A stretch of 64,000 nt of DNA from assembly GCF_006345805.1 (NCBI RefSeq), contig NC_043017.1, positions 20,336,001-20,400,000 on the forward strand. Direction: 5' to 3'. Within the stretch, counting starts at the first letter, position 1. The number at the start of each line of letters is the position of its first letter. Source of the DNA: Octopus sinensis (Eukaryota). The translations under genes were made by a program, and so were the position numbers. The notes beneath the pieces are model-generated. The model had not been told where the DNA came from, did not search any database, and saw only the letters and a list, made by a program, of their open reading frames with translations. This document shows, in pieces, positions 35,931 to 47,907 of this stretch.

Positions 35931-36400
35931 AATGCTGGTGGTGGTGGTGGTGGTGGTAATAATGATGGTAGTGAAGATGAAGGAGGTGGTAGTGATGGCG
36001 GTGATGGTGATGGTGATGATGACGGTGACAGTGATCGATGGTCCTAGTTGATGGTGGTGATGGTGGTGGCAGTTATGATGGTGGTGGTAGTTACGATGGT
36101 GATGGTGTTGGTGGTGTTTATGGTGATGATGATGATGATGATGACAGTTACATAGTTAATGGTGGCAGCAGCGGTAGTGGTGATGTTGGTGGTGGTGGTG
36201 CTGGTAGCGATGATTATGATGACGACTGCTGTAGTTGATGGCAGTGGAGATGATGTTTGTAATAATGAAGCTGAAAATGATGATGATGATGATGATGATG
36301 ATGACGGTGATGATGACGACAGTCATAGCTGATGGTGTTGGCGGCGGCGATGGTGATGACACGTGAGCAGCAATGTGGATCCTTTCTTCTGTTCTTTTCA
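35890..36400. repeat. (GAT)/(GGT) degenerate microsatellite
   Basis: Direct reading. Confidence 0.95.
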
Positions 36401-36859
36401 TCATGATCTGTCGAATTTCTGTACTTGTGATATCATATCATATAATAGCAGATAGGGTGTGTATGCCTGTATGCATGTGTGTGTAGAATTGTGCACTCAA
36501 ATAGGATGGTATATATACCGTGGTGTGTGCATGTGCAATGATGTGCATCTGTGATAGGGCATGTATATATAAATAATAGTGTATGTATATATATTAATAT
36601 ATAATGGTGTGTGTGTGTGTGTGTGTGATGGTGTGAATATATGATGTGAATATGGATGTAATGATGTGCATGTGTGTCTGTGTACTGGCATGTATATGTG
36701 TGTGAGTGATGGTGTATGCATATGTAATGATGTATGTGTGTATGTGATGTGTGACGTATATCACTCACTCTTTCCTCTCATCTCCCTCTCTCTCTCTCTC
36801 TCTCTCATCTTTCTCTCTCTCTCTCTCTTTCTTCCCCTTCTTCTCTCTCCCCACCTTCC

Positions 36860-36891
36860 TTCAGAAAGATTCCTCTGCGAATCTTTCTGAA
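36860..36891. other. Perfect 13-bp hairpin within a cluster of four AAGATTC motifs
   Basis: ttcagaaagattc-ctctgc-gaatctttctgaa; motif at 36866, 36879 (reverse complement), 36899 and 36919. Confidence 0.6.
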
Positions 36892-37509
36892 CTGATCCAA
36901 GATTCCAAAATCAGAGGCAAGATTCCCACTTGAAGCGGCCCGAAACATCATGTCAAATACACAGAATAATAGATAAGCAGAGATAGAACAGATCGACATC
37001 TGACAGAAAGTCAGATCCAGGTCATGGTGACCTTTTGTGGAGAAGAAAGGGAGGAGATGGATGGGAGGTGACATTAGCTGATAGACCTTACATTGATGTT
37101 GCTGTCATTGTTGTTCTTCAACCTTAGTTTGGGCTTTGATTGAACTAGATCTATGATCAAAAGTATTCAAGCAGTGGCTATCCCATCCTTTTGTTTTGAT
37201 TAGCAGTTGGGCCACCCAGAACTATACTTCTCAATTGTGGGCTATCCAAGGCCGCATTACCGAGGACAATATCACCCAACAATGGGGTGTGTAGAACTAA
37301 CACCATCATCATCACCGTCATGTAATGTCATTTTCCATGCTGGCATGTGGTGGATGGTTTGACTGGAGGTAGTAATGCTAGGGCCCCCAGATCTCACGGC
37401 TGAATGCCCTTCATAATGCCATCTACTTTACAGAGAAGACTGGGGCTTTCTATGTCACACCAGCATCAGTGGATGTTGTGGTCTGTTTAGCAAACATTTA
37501 ATGAAAATA

Positions 37510-37905
37510 GTTGCAGGTGTGGCTGCGGGATAAGAAGCTTGCTTCACAACCACATGGTTCTGGGTTCAGTCCCACTACATAGCAACTTAGGCAAGTGTCT
37601 TCTACTGTAGCCGTGGGCCAACCAAAGCCTTGTGTATGGATTTGGTAGACGGAACCTGAAAGAAGCCTGTCATATGTGTGTGTGTGAGTGTGTTTGTATA
37701 TGTGTTTGTTCCCCTACATGTGTTGGTGTGTTTACATCCCTGTAACTTAGCAGTTCAGCAAACAAACAAAAAAATAATAATACAATAAGCTCCAAAGTTA
37801 AAGAAAGGTAAATAAGTACTAGGGCTGATTTGTTCACCTAAAACTTCTTCAAGGTGGTGTTCCAGCATGGCCATGGCCTAATGACTGAAACAAGTAAAAA
37901 AGAAA
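37510..37905 (+). mobile_element. SINE family B, full length
   Basis: Same head, CORE-like block, internal TG tract and 3' catggcc...atgactgaaacaagtaaaa end as 29611. Confidence 0.9.
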
Positions 37906-38264
37906 AAGAAGATAAATCATTCACAGATTTATATTCTCTCTATAATTAAACTTCCTTCTTTGATTCTGATGCACCTCTCATTCCACACCTCACCAGATAC
38001 CTTAATCCCTCGCTCACCTTTCATGAGACAATTAATTAAATCTCAAGTAAGATTCGTTAGAAGATTAGTCTAGCTGTCAGTGACCTTTGATGTTGAAGAA
38101 AAGTCTCCGTTTGGCCCAGTTTTTTTCCCCCCTTCTTTGATGGAAAGAGAAAACTCGATAAAAATCTTTCAGTTTTCAAAGAACTTTAAAGGAAAAAAGA
38201 TTAAATAGACTTTTTCTGAAGGCAGAGTGTCTCTACATTAGTGGGGGGAAATACACACACACAC

Positions 38265-38354
38265 GGATCAAAGCAGTTTGATTCAAACTCCTCGGAATAA
38301 CGACACACTTGAAATTTAGAGTACCAAGGAGTTTGAATCAAACTGTTTTGATCC
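38265..38354 (+). other. Long near-perfect hairpin (28-bp stem, 34-nt loop); pre-miRNA/hpRNA or MITE candidate
   Basis: ggatcaaagcagtttgattcaaactcct (38265-38292) pairs with aggagtttgaatcaaactgttttgatcc (38327-38354); the only non-Watson-Crick pair is G-U on the + strand. Confidence 0.75.
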
Positions 38355-38464
38355 ATACATATAATGCCCAATAAATGTGCTGAGTGCCTTTCCATTTGTC
38401 TACTCACTTGTATGTATATATATATATATATATATCGAGAGAGAGAGGGGGAGAGAGAGAGAGA

Positions 38465-38569
38465 GAAAGAGACAGACAGACACAGATAAAAAGAGAAATA
38501 AAAAGACTGATAGAAATGAAAGTAGAAAGATAGATAGATAGATAGATAGACAGATATACAGATAGATAA

Positions 38570-38610
<41 letters not shown>

Positions 38611-38820
38611 TAGATAGATATACAGATAGATAAATAGACAGACAGACAGACAGACAGACAGATAGATAGATAGATATACAGATAGATAAATAGATAGACA
38701 GACAGAAAGACAGATAGATATAAAGTAGACAGATGGATGGATGGATGGATGGATGGATGGATGGATGGAAAGACAGACAGAGAGACATGCAGATAGATAC
38801 ATAGATAGACAGACAGATGG
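38465..38820. repeat. (GATA)n/(GACA)n/(GATG)n tetranucleotide tract
   Basis: Direct reading. Confidence 0.97.
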
Positions 38821-40207
38821 ACAGCTATAGTTACTGAAAAATATAGAATTAACCTAATGGTGAATTATATTCAATCACGGGTTTTGTTAGTATAAGTTTT
38901 CTAAAAGACCCAAACCTTTTACTCTCATAAAGTGGCATATGCTTCTGAAATTAACGTCCAGATGAAAGTACATAATGAACACAGAATGGCAACACAGCTG
39001 AAACTAATAATGAGGAAGGTCAGAAGAATTATTAAGTCTTTGGAATATCAGGAAATTTCCATTTACACAATAAATATGATTCCGTAATTACATCTTGGAA
39101 ATATAAGCCTTTATATAAGTGGCTGCTTTTGAATAACGGAAAAATCTCTGTATTTAGATAGTGTAGCTTATGTACATAAAAGGATAATAGATTGTTCATT
39201 ATTGATCTGCCGTTTTTCTGCAGAACAATGGAATTATAGCAAGGGTCCATACTTTCAAGAAAAAGGTTATATAGATTTGACACCTTAAAAACAGAATGTC
39301 TTGTGGTTAAGGATCAGCTGGGATGGGGTCAGAAGCTGAGGTATTGGCTGTCAGAATTTGTAACATTAATTAAGGAAATTCATTAATTTTGGTTGAATAT
39401 TCCAAGGAATTATTAATATTAAATCTCAGAAGAAATTTTTCCATTAAAGGATTGAGAAGAAAAAAAAGAAGGAAGGACACAAAAGGACAAGTTGCAGGTG
39501 ATTGTTAATTTTACTCGTTTCAGTCATTTGACTGTGGCCATGCTGGGGCACCACCTTGAAGGTTTTTAGTTGAACAAAGTGATTCCAGGGCTTATCGTTT
39601 TAAACCTAGTACTTATTCTATTGGTCTTCTCTTTTGCTGATCTGCTAAGTTATGAGGATGTAAACACACCAACACCAGTTGTCAAGCAATGGTGGGAGAC
39701 AAACAGAGACACACAAAGACACATACTCATAGATATATATATATAATAATCATCATTTTAAGGGGACATTAAACGATGATGATAATAATATATATATATA
39801 TATAAATATTTTATAATTCTGTGCAGGTGGCACGTAAAAATCACCCACTACACTCTCGGAATGGTTGGCATTAGGAAGGGCATCCAGCTGTAGAATCACT
39901 GCCAGATCAGTGCACCAGATCACTGCACCTGTTGTGTATTTTTTACTTGTTTCTTTTTTTTTCCCAAGATAATAGAGTGTAATCTTAAATAAATTTAGTC
40001 AGTATTTCTAGCAAACTGAGCGACCACATAGGGACTTTTCTAGTCAACTTGTTAATTGGTCTTCGTAGCTGATGGTGAATCAGCAAGATCTCTTGTCGGA
40101 ACCTGGTTTCCACTGTATACAACCTGTATGCATTTGTGTGTTTGTATCTGTACATATATGAGACTATATATATATTTGCGAATACACATATATACACACG
40201 TACATAC

Positions 40208-40241
<34 letters not shown>

Positions 40242-40603
40242 GACTCTGTATGTAGGTTCATGACTTTCTGCGAAAGATTAAATATCAAGCGAAAAGCGGG
40301 GCTGGAAGGGGCTCCGGGGCAAAAGAATAATATGGAGAACATCTAAAGATGTGAAATGCGTTAGTCTTGGAGAAGTGGAAATAGGAAGAAGGGACCATTG
40401 TGGGAGAGAAAGCCAGGTCGGATCTGAATGAAGAATGAAAAATATATAAATAAGTACATCTTGCAGAGACACTGTTGATTTTAGCAGCCCCCCGTCTCGC
40501 TGGTGTTTGGTTACCTAATGAGTATATAAGAGTTTGGATTTCAAATTGTGTGTGCCTTGTTCCTTCCTACATATATACACTCATATACACACGTATATAT
40601 ATA

Positions 40604-40635
<32 letters not shown>

Positions 40636-40722
40636 CACACACACATGTATATGTGTGTATATGAGTGTATATATGTAGGAAGGAACACATATATATACAT
40701 ATATATATATTTATATAATGCT

Positions 40723-40768
<46 letters not shown>

Positions 40769-40933
40769 TGTATATATTTATTCATGTGTGTGAATATAAA
40801 TAAATATATATAAAATCAGAAAAAAAAACACCTTTTATCAATTCAAAATTACACCATCTAGAATTAGTATTTCTAAATTGAATTTTTCCTTGTAAGTTTG
40901 GATTTTATTCCCTCAAATAATAATAATAATTAT

Positions 40934-40983
<50 letters not shown>

Positions 40984-41004
40984 ATAAATATTTAATATAT
41001 ATAT

Positions 41005-41610
41005 TCTTTTATTTGTTTCAATCATTTGACTGCAGCCATGCTGGAGCACCACCTTTAGTTGAGTAAATCATCCACAGGACTTATTCCTTGAAAGACTAGT
41101 ACTTATTCTATTGGTCTCCTTTTCCAAACCGCTAAGTTGCAGGGCATGTAAACACACCAGCATTCATTGTCAAGCGATGTTGAGGGACACAAATGTAGAC
41201 ACACAAACACACATATATACAACAGGCTTCTTTCAGTTTCCATCTACCAAATCCACTCACAAGGCTTTGGTTTTCCCAAGGCTATTGTAGAAAGCATTTG
41301 GCCAAGGTGCAGCGCAGTGGCGCTGAACCTAGAACCATGCGGATGGAAAGCAACCTTCTTACCACACAACCACTTGTTTCACTCACTTAATGCTGGCCAT
41401 ACTGGGGCATCACCTTGCAGAATTTTAGTCAAATGAATCAATCCTTAGTATTCCTTTTTTTTTTATATGTTTGGTACTCATTCTATCAGTTCCTTTTGCT
41501 AAGTTACAGGGGACGTAAACCAACCAACACTGGTTGTGAAGCAGAGGTGTGGGACACACACAGACACAAAGACACACACACACACACACATACACATAAT
41601 GGGCTTCTTT
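41005..41610 (-). mobile_element. Two adjacent family-B SINE copies
   Basis: ttgtttcaatcatttgactgcagccatgctggagcacc...gacttattc...tagtacttattc...gtcaagcg...ctttcagtttccatctaccaaatccactcacaaggc, followed by a second 3' half. Confidence 0.85.
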
Positions 41611-41769
41611 CAGTTGTTGTTGTTGTCTTTTGTTGTCCTCCTTCTTCTCCTCCTTCTTCTACCTCCTCCTCCTATCCCTCTTCTTTTACTTCTTTTTCCT
41701 ATTTCTTTGTTGTCTTCTTTTCCTCTTCTCCTAATCTTTTACTTCTTCTTTTCTTAGTTTTATGTCATC

Positions 41770-42075
41770 TTCACTCCTCTAACTCCTCCTCCTCTTCTTT
41801 TTTCTTCTTCCTCTCTTACTCCTCCTCTTCTTTTTTCTTCTTCCTCTCTTACTCCTCCTCTTCTTTTTTCTTCTTACTCCTCCTCCTCCTCTTCTTTTTC
41901 TTCTTCATCTCTTACTCCTCCTCCTCCTCCTCTTCTTCTTTTTCTTCTTACTCCTCCTCCTCCTCTTCTTTTTCTTCTTCCTCTCTTACTCCTCCCCCTC
42001 CTCTTCTTTTTTCTTCTTCCTCTCTTACTCCTCCTCCTCTTCTTTTTTCTTCTTCCTCTCTCACTCCTCCTCCTC
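41770..42075. repeat. ~30-36-bp CT-rich minisatellite, about 9 units
   Basis: Recurrent ttcttcttcctctcttactcctcctcctcttctttt. Confidence 0.85.
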
Positions 42076-42724
42076 CAATCCCTCCCCTCTACCCTCCCAC
42101 CCTCCCATTTATCAATCCATCCCTTTCGCTCGTCCTTTCTTTCCTAATATATCAATATATTTCCTTATAGCCCCCCCCCCACCCGCCACAAGTTCAATCT
42201 TTGCAAGCGAACACAACACTTATTTCACATGTGTCAGCTTAAAACTACTCAACAATTTTCACTGTTGTTGTCATTGTTACTGTTGCTGTTGATGTTGTTG
42301 TTGTTGTTACCCTTCAAGTTCTTCTTGGTCATCTCTTTATATTTTTCTGTTTAGTTAAAAAGTGATTAAAAACAGAAATTTACAAAAAAAAAATTACAAG
42401 AAAAAAAAACACTGGCTTTATATATATTTTTTTCAGTTTTTTTATCTTTGAATATAGAAGTGGAAAAAGCCCGCCACCACATCATCGCCATAACCACCAT
42501 CACTGCCACCGCCGCCACCACTATAGCTATTATCATTACTACTAGTGTTTAGAATTTAATCTTATTTCAACTTATCTACAGTTAATCCTCCTCCATTAGG
42601 AAACGGTAAAGAATTTTTAGATAAAAAAAAAATGAAAACAAACAAAAAAAAAACAAAACAGATAAATTTGAAAGATAAACTTATTGCGAGAATGTTGATG
42701 ATGATGGTGATGATGATCATGATG

Positions 42725-43145
42725 ATGATGAGGAGGAGGAGGAGGAGGAGGAAGAGGTGGGGGAGAGAGACAGTGCAAAGAATGATGATGAGGAGGAGGA
42801 AGAGGTGGGGAGAGAGACAGTGAATGGAATAATGATGATGAGGAGGAGGAGGAAGAGGTGGGGGAGAGAGACAGTGAAAGGAATAATGATGATGAGGAGG
42901 AGGAGGAAGAGGTGGGGGAGAGAGACAGTGCAAAGAATAATGACGAGGAGGAGGAGGACGAGGAGGAAGAGGTGGGGGAGAGAGAGACAGTGCAAAGAAT
43001 GAAGATGATGAGGATGAGGATGAGGAAGAAGAGGTGGGAGTGAGTGACAGTGCAAAGAATGATGATAATGAGGAGGAGGAGGAGGAGGTGGAAGAGGTGG
43101 GGGAGAGAGACAGTGCAAAGAATGATGATGATGATGATGATGACA
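42725..43145. repeat. VNTR, 7 units of ~50-65 bp with internal (GAG)/(GAT) length variation
   Basis: gaagaggtgggggagagagacagtgcaaagaatgatgatg seen 7 times, ending at the (GAT)n tail of a family-A SINE (43147-43350, -). Confidence 0.92.
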
Positions 43146-43354
43146 GTTTCAAATTTTGGCTCAAGGTCAGCAATTTCAAGGAGAGGGGACGAGTTGATTA
43201 CATTGACCCCAGTATGCAACTGGTATTTATCTTATCGACTCTGAAAGGACGAAAGGCAAAGTCGACCTGAAGCAGTATTTGAACTCAAAATGTAAAGAAT
43301 GCCACTGAACCTTTTTGTATACTATGCTAATGATCCTGCTTATGTAGCCACCTT

Positions 43355-43800
43355 GACGACAACAATGATGATGATGGCTATGATGATTATGATGATGATG
43401 ATGGTGATGATGGCGATGATGATGATGGTGGTGATGATGATGATGATGGTAGTGGTTATGATGATGATGGTGGTGATGATGATGATGATGGTAGTGGTTA
43501 TGATGATGATGGTGGTGATGATGATGATGATGGTAGTGGTTATGATGATGATGGTGGTGATGATGATGATGGTGATGATGATTATAATGATGATGGTGAT
43601 GATGGTTATGATGATAATGGTGGTGATGATGGTGATGATGATGATGATGATGATGGTGATGATGATAGCAAGAAAACTGTTAATAATGAGGAGTAAGGTG
43701 ATAGTAAGAAGGATGGTAATAAAAATGGTAATGATGATGATGATGATGATCAAAATGGTGATGATGGTGATGATAACGATGATGATGGCAGCTGCGATAG
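43355..43800. repeat. (GAT)n microsatellite with a repeated ggtagtggttat sub-unit
   Basis: Direct reading. Confidence 0.95.
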
Positions 43801-44356
43801 TGATAAGAAATATAACAGCATGTAAAGAATTTAGAATGGTGAAATCTCAACGCCTTCTTCAAATGCTACTTCTCAACTTGTTGAGATTTTCCAAACGGTC
43901 TTCCAGATTTTTCTTTCAAGTCAGCAATTTGTTTGACAAAAAATTTACACACACTTACAAACACACACACACAGACGGACGGACGGACGGACACACACAC
44001 TCATTCAAAAATATTCTTGTTGTTCATCATCATCATCACTGTCATCATTATTTTTAACATCCAATTTGCCAATGAAGAAAATAAAAAAACAATAATTAAC
44101 ATAATTGGTTATATTTTAGATACAAGACAAGAAAATGAAGTGTGAGTAGTGGGGGTGGGGTCAGTTGATACGGCCGACCCCAGTACATGACTGGTACTTT
44201 ATTCTGTTGATGAAAGGCAATGTTGACTTCAGTGAGACTCTGGCACAGAATGTAAAATGCCAGAACAAATGCTGCAAGGTGTTTTTGCAACCCCCTAATA
44301 CTTCTCCCAACCTACTGCACGTTATACCTACTACTACTACTACTATTACTCATAAT

Positions 44357-44913
44357 ATGCAGTACCAGGCAGTGGCTCTCATGGCTTCTGATCTTAACTG
44401 ATTGGAAGTGTTATCATGTACATTGTTTTGTCCTGGTATAAAAGATGGGCTACAGCAAATATTCTGCTCAATACCACAGATTTGCTTGTCAGTTGTTTGT
44501 CCCTAACCAGTTGAGCATGCCTCTTCATGGCATGTCCCTTAGTGGCCTTAAGTGCATCTCTGATCATGAACAGGAGTGGTGGGGGAAACATCATAGCCAT
44601 GTGTTGAGAGGTATTCTTTGGGGTTTGGATAATTCACTTCTGGAAACATGGGTATTTTGTTCAATATCCTTAACCCTTGTTCAGGGACCTTTTGAATGGC
44701 ATGGGCTACTTTACCTGAAGAAAATTCTAACTGGGCCCCACCTGCAAAATAATGCACTGTTTATTTTGATATGAGATCACTAGGTCACGCACATATGGTT
44801 GTGATGAATGTGCCTGGTGTACCCTTATCAGCCGGGTAGTCATGATGGGTATATTGGGCTTCATATATTTATACCTCGGTGTCACTTGAGTGGCATGCAC
44901 TGCTCTCTACCAC
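44357..44913 (+). mobile_element. Family G ~560-bp element, near full length, followed by (AAT)n
   Basis: Starts atgcagtaccaggcagtggctctcatggcttctgatc; ends gcactgctctct + (AAT)n. Confidence 0.9.
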
Positions 44914-44953
<40 letters not shown>

Positions 44954-44965
44954 TAATGAAAATAA

Positions 44966-45347
44966 TCCTTTCACAAGGCCTGAAATTTAAGGGAAGGGGG
45001 ACTAGTTGATGAAATCAACCTCAGTGCTCAACTGGTACTTAGTTCATTGACCCTGAAAGGATAAAAGGCAAAGCTGACTTCGGCAGAATTTGAACTTAGA
45101 ATGTAGTGACCGGTGAAATACTGTCGAGCATTTTGTCCAGTGTGCTAACAATTCTGCCAGCTCACCACCTTACATAATAATAATAATAATAATAATAATC
45201 ATAATCATAATAATAATTATATTTATTTCTTTACTGCCCACAAGGGGCTAAACAAAGAGGGGACAAACAAGGAAAGTCGAAGGGATCGTGTCGATTATTT
45301 CGCCCCCAGTGTGAAACTGGTACTTTATTTATTGACCCCGAAAGGAT
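44966..45347 (-). mobile_element. Two stacked family-A SINEs separated by (AAT)n
   Basis: 44966-45172 full length; 45222-45347 3' part with the ttactgcccacaaggggctaaac tail. Confidence 0.85.
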
Positions 45348-45414
45348 GCCCTGATGTAGTACCAGGATGACCTGATGCAGTACCAGGTATGCCTTGATGC
45401 AGAACCAGGATGCC
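45345..45414 (+). repeat. 3 x 21-22-bp tandem of the family-G 5' terminal motif, at a SINE A / family C junction
   Basis: gatgccctgatgtagtaccag / gatgacctgatgcagtaccag / gtatgccttgatgcagaaccag. Confidence 0.85.
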
Positions 45415-45609
45415 AAATCAGATTGGAACCTGGTGCAGCCTCCTGGCTTGCCTGTCCTCAGTCAAACTGTCCAACCCATGCCAGCATGGAAAACGGATGT
45501 TAAATAATGATGATGCTGATGATACTGACAAGTGCAGTGACTATATTCATTGTAAGCTGAGGGCTTCGCTCAATCTTCATGTGGATGTGTGGGGTGCTCG
45601 ATGTAGGTA

Positions 45610-45980
45610 AATAGGTGTCTTGACAAGGTATGGAATCTCTGTGTGTGTGTGTGTGTGTTTGAACCGAGATTGAGTGAGGGTAAAGTGTCTGTCAGTGACG
45701 AGGTATGAAATGGGTGTGGTAGAGGGGGTGGATGGGTGGGTTTAAATATGTGTGTGAGGAAGGAATGGGTTGGTGGGGTGACAGCTTGGTGATGAATTGC
45801 AGTGTCTTTGACAAAGTATCAAATGTGTGTGGGGGGTGAGGGGTGGAGGCACTGAGTGGGGTGGGGTGGTTGAACAGTGATAAAAGTGTGAAAATGTGTG
45901 CAGATGGGGGAGTGGCGGTGGCAAGTAGTTTGGTTGGGGGGGGGAAGGTCTGCTGTCTTTGACGAGATATGAAATGTGAT
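45610..45980 (+). repeat. Degenerate array: ~25-nt motif TGTCTTTGACRAGRTATGAAATGTG alternating with unrelated G-rich spacers
   Basis: Motif variants at ~45615, ~45690, ~45802, ~45877 and ~45954. Confidence 0.55.
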
Positions 45981-46134
45981 CCGATTCCTATCCGAAACTT
46001 TTAAATACATAAAACAAACTCTTTTACTCTGCCTGACAAGGAATCACTGGGATAATGGACGGATAACAGTGGCTTCGTTGTCATAGAAGTGTTGGAATTT
46101 CTTTAATTGTGGCTGTTGTAGGGGTGAGGGGAAC

Positions 46135-46553
46135 TCTGTGTGTGTGTGTGTGTGTATATATGTGTATGTGTGTGAATGTGTGCAAATGTATGTGTGTGTA
46201 TATGTATGTGCAAATGTATGTGTGTGTGTGCAAATGTATGTGTGCAAATGTATGCGTGCAAATGTATGTGTGTTGTGTGTGTATATACATGTGCGTGTAT
46301 ATAAATGTATGTGTGTGCATGTATATATGTGTAGTATGTGTGTATGTGTGAGCATGTGTGTATGTGCGTGTATATATGAGTGAGTGTATGTGTGTGTATA
46401 TATGAGTGAGTGTATTTATGTGTGTATATGTGTGTGTATGTGTGTATATGAGTGTGTGTATGTGTGTATATATGTGTGTGCATATATATGTATGTGTGCG
46501 CATGTATATATGTGTAGTTTGTGTGTATGTGAGTGCATGCATGTGTGTATACA

Positions 46554-46608
<55 letters not shown>

Positions 46609-46910
46609 ATGTGTGTGTGTGTATGTAATGTACAAGTGTATGCAAATGTTTGAGAGTGTGTGTGTGTACATGTATACGTATGTGGTTGTAATTGTAAGTT
46701 CGATCATGTGTGTATATGCGTGTGTGTTAGTGTGTGAATGCACATGTGTGTATGTGCATGTGTGAGTGTGCATGCATGTGTGTGTTAGTGTGTGTGTGTG
46801 TGACTATGTATGCACATATGTGTGTGAGTGCATGCTCAGAATGTGTCAGGGATTATGGAAGCAGGGAGAAGGAGAGATAACGAAAGAGAAAAAGATAGAG
46901 CCAAAGAGGT

Positions 46911-46949
<39 letters not shown>

Positions 46950-47135
46950 GACAGAGAAGGAAAGAAAGAGAGAGAAAGAGAGAGAGAAAGGAAGACAGAG
47001 AAGGAAAGAAAGAGAGAGAAAGAGAGAGAGAGAGGAGGGAAGAAAAGATGTTTGAAAAGAGCTTGCAATGTGTGTGTGTGTGTGTGCATGCATGTGTGTG
47101 TGTGTGTGTGCATGCATGGTGTGTGTGTGTGTGTG
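46135..47135. repeat. TG/TA tract followed by a GA-rich tract
   Basis: Direct reading. Confidence 0.95.
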
Positions 47136-47760
47136 AAGAGGTAAAATCCTTTGGCATGGTGGGGACCAGTTTTGAAAGGAACTCAGTATTCCATAAGTAT
47201 GCCTTCATCCTACCTCAAGGGACTATTATGGGAGCAGGAACCATAGAAAGGGGGCAGGCGGGCATTGGCTGGGTAAAAGATATGAGAAAAAGAGAGAGAG
47301 AGAGAGAGAGAGGGTGGCAGGCAGTGTCAGTGGTTGGTGTGTTGGAGAGGTGGGTGACAGGAAAGGGGGAGCGGAATTATAACTTCTGGTCCCTTTTGTT
47401 CTTCACAAGTTGAATGTGTTACTCCATACTAAAGTCATTTTACTCACTGCCACACTATTTGCTAACGATGAATAATTCTAATACAAATCGAAAAAAACTT
47501 CTGTTGTTTGCACTGCAGAAATCCCACAAACATACACACGTTCCAACAGAGGCACATACACATATTCCAAAATTACACATCCATGCATGCATACAGAAAG
47601 AGAGAGAGAGAGAGAGGCATATACATCTCAGCATACACAGTCACACAGAATGACACACACACACAGGCACATAGTTCTGCAAACACAAATCAAACGTGAC
47701 GTATGAGCAATGGTAATAAAATAAAATTAAGAACAGCATATATATATATTGTAGGTTAAG

Positions 47761-47907
47761 AAGGCTACCAATGGTTTCATGCAAAGAGATTTTCACAATT
47801 GTTCAATCATACTGCATGGAAGTGTTGGTATATGTCTCTGTTTTGGCTGGGTATATCCGTCTTGAACAATTGTGAAGATCCCTTTGCATGAAACCCTTGG
47901 TAGCCTA
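47761..47907. mobile_element. Fold-back MITE, 45-bp TIRs, flanked by GTTAAG direct repeats
   Basis: 47762-47806 vs 47862-47906 (3 mismatches); gttaag at 47755-47760 and 47908-47913. Confidence 0.8.

Noticed and set aside
39032-39283. 83-aa minus-strand ORF in unique AT-rich DNA
   Set aside because: No recognisable motif or convincing splice boundaries; length is within chance expectation
45610-45980. CRISPR-like repeat-spacer appearance
   Set aside because: Eukaryotic context, degenerate repeats, irregular low-complexity spacers, no cas genes; kept only as a motif array
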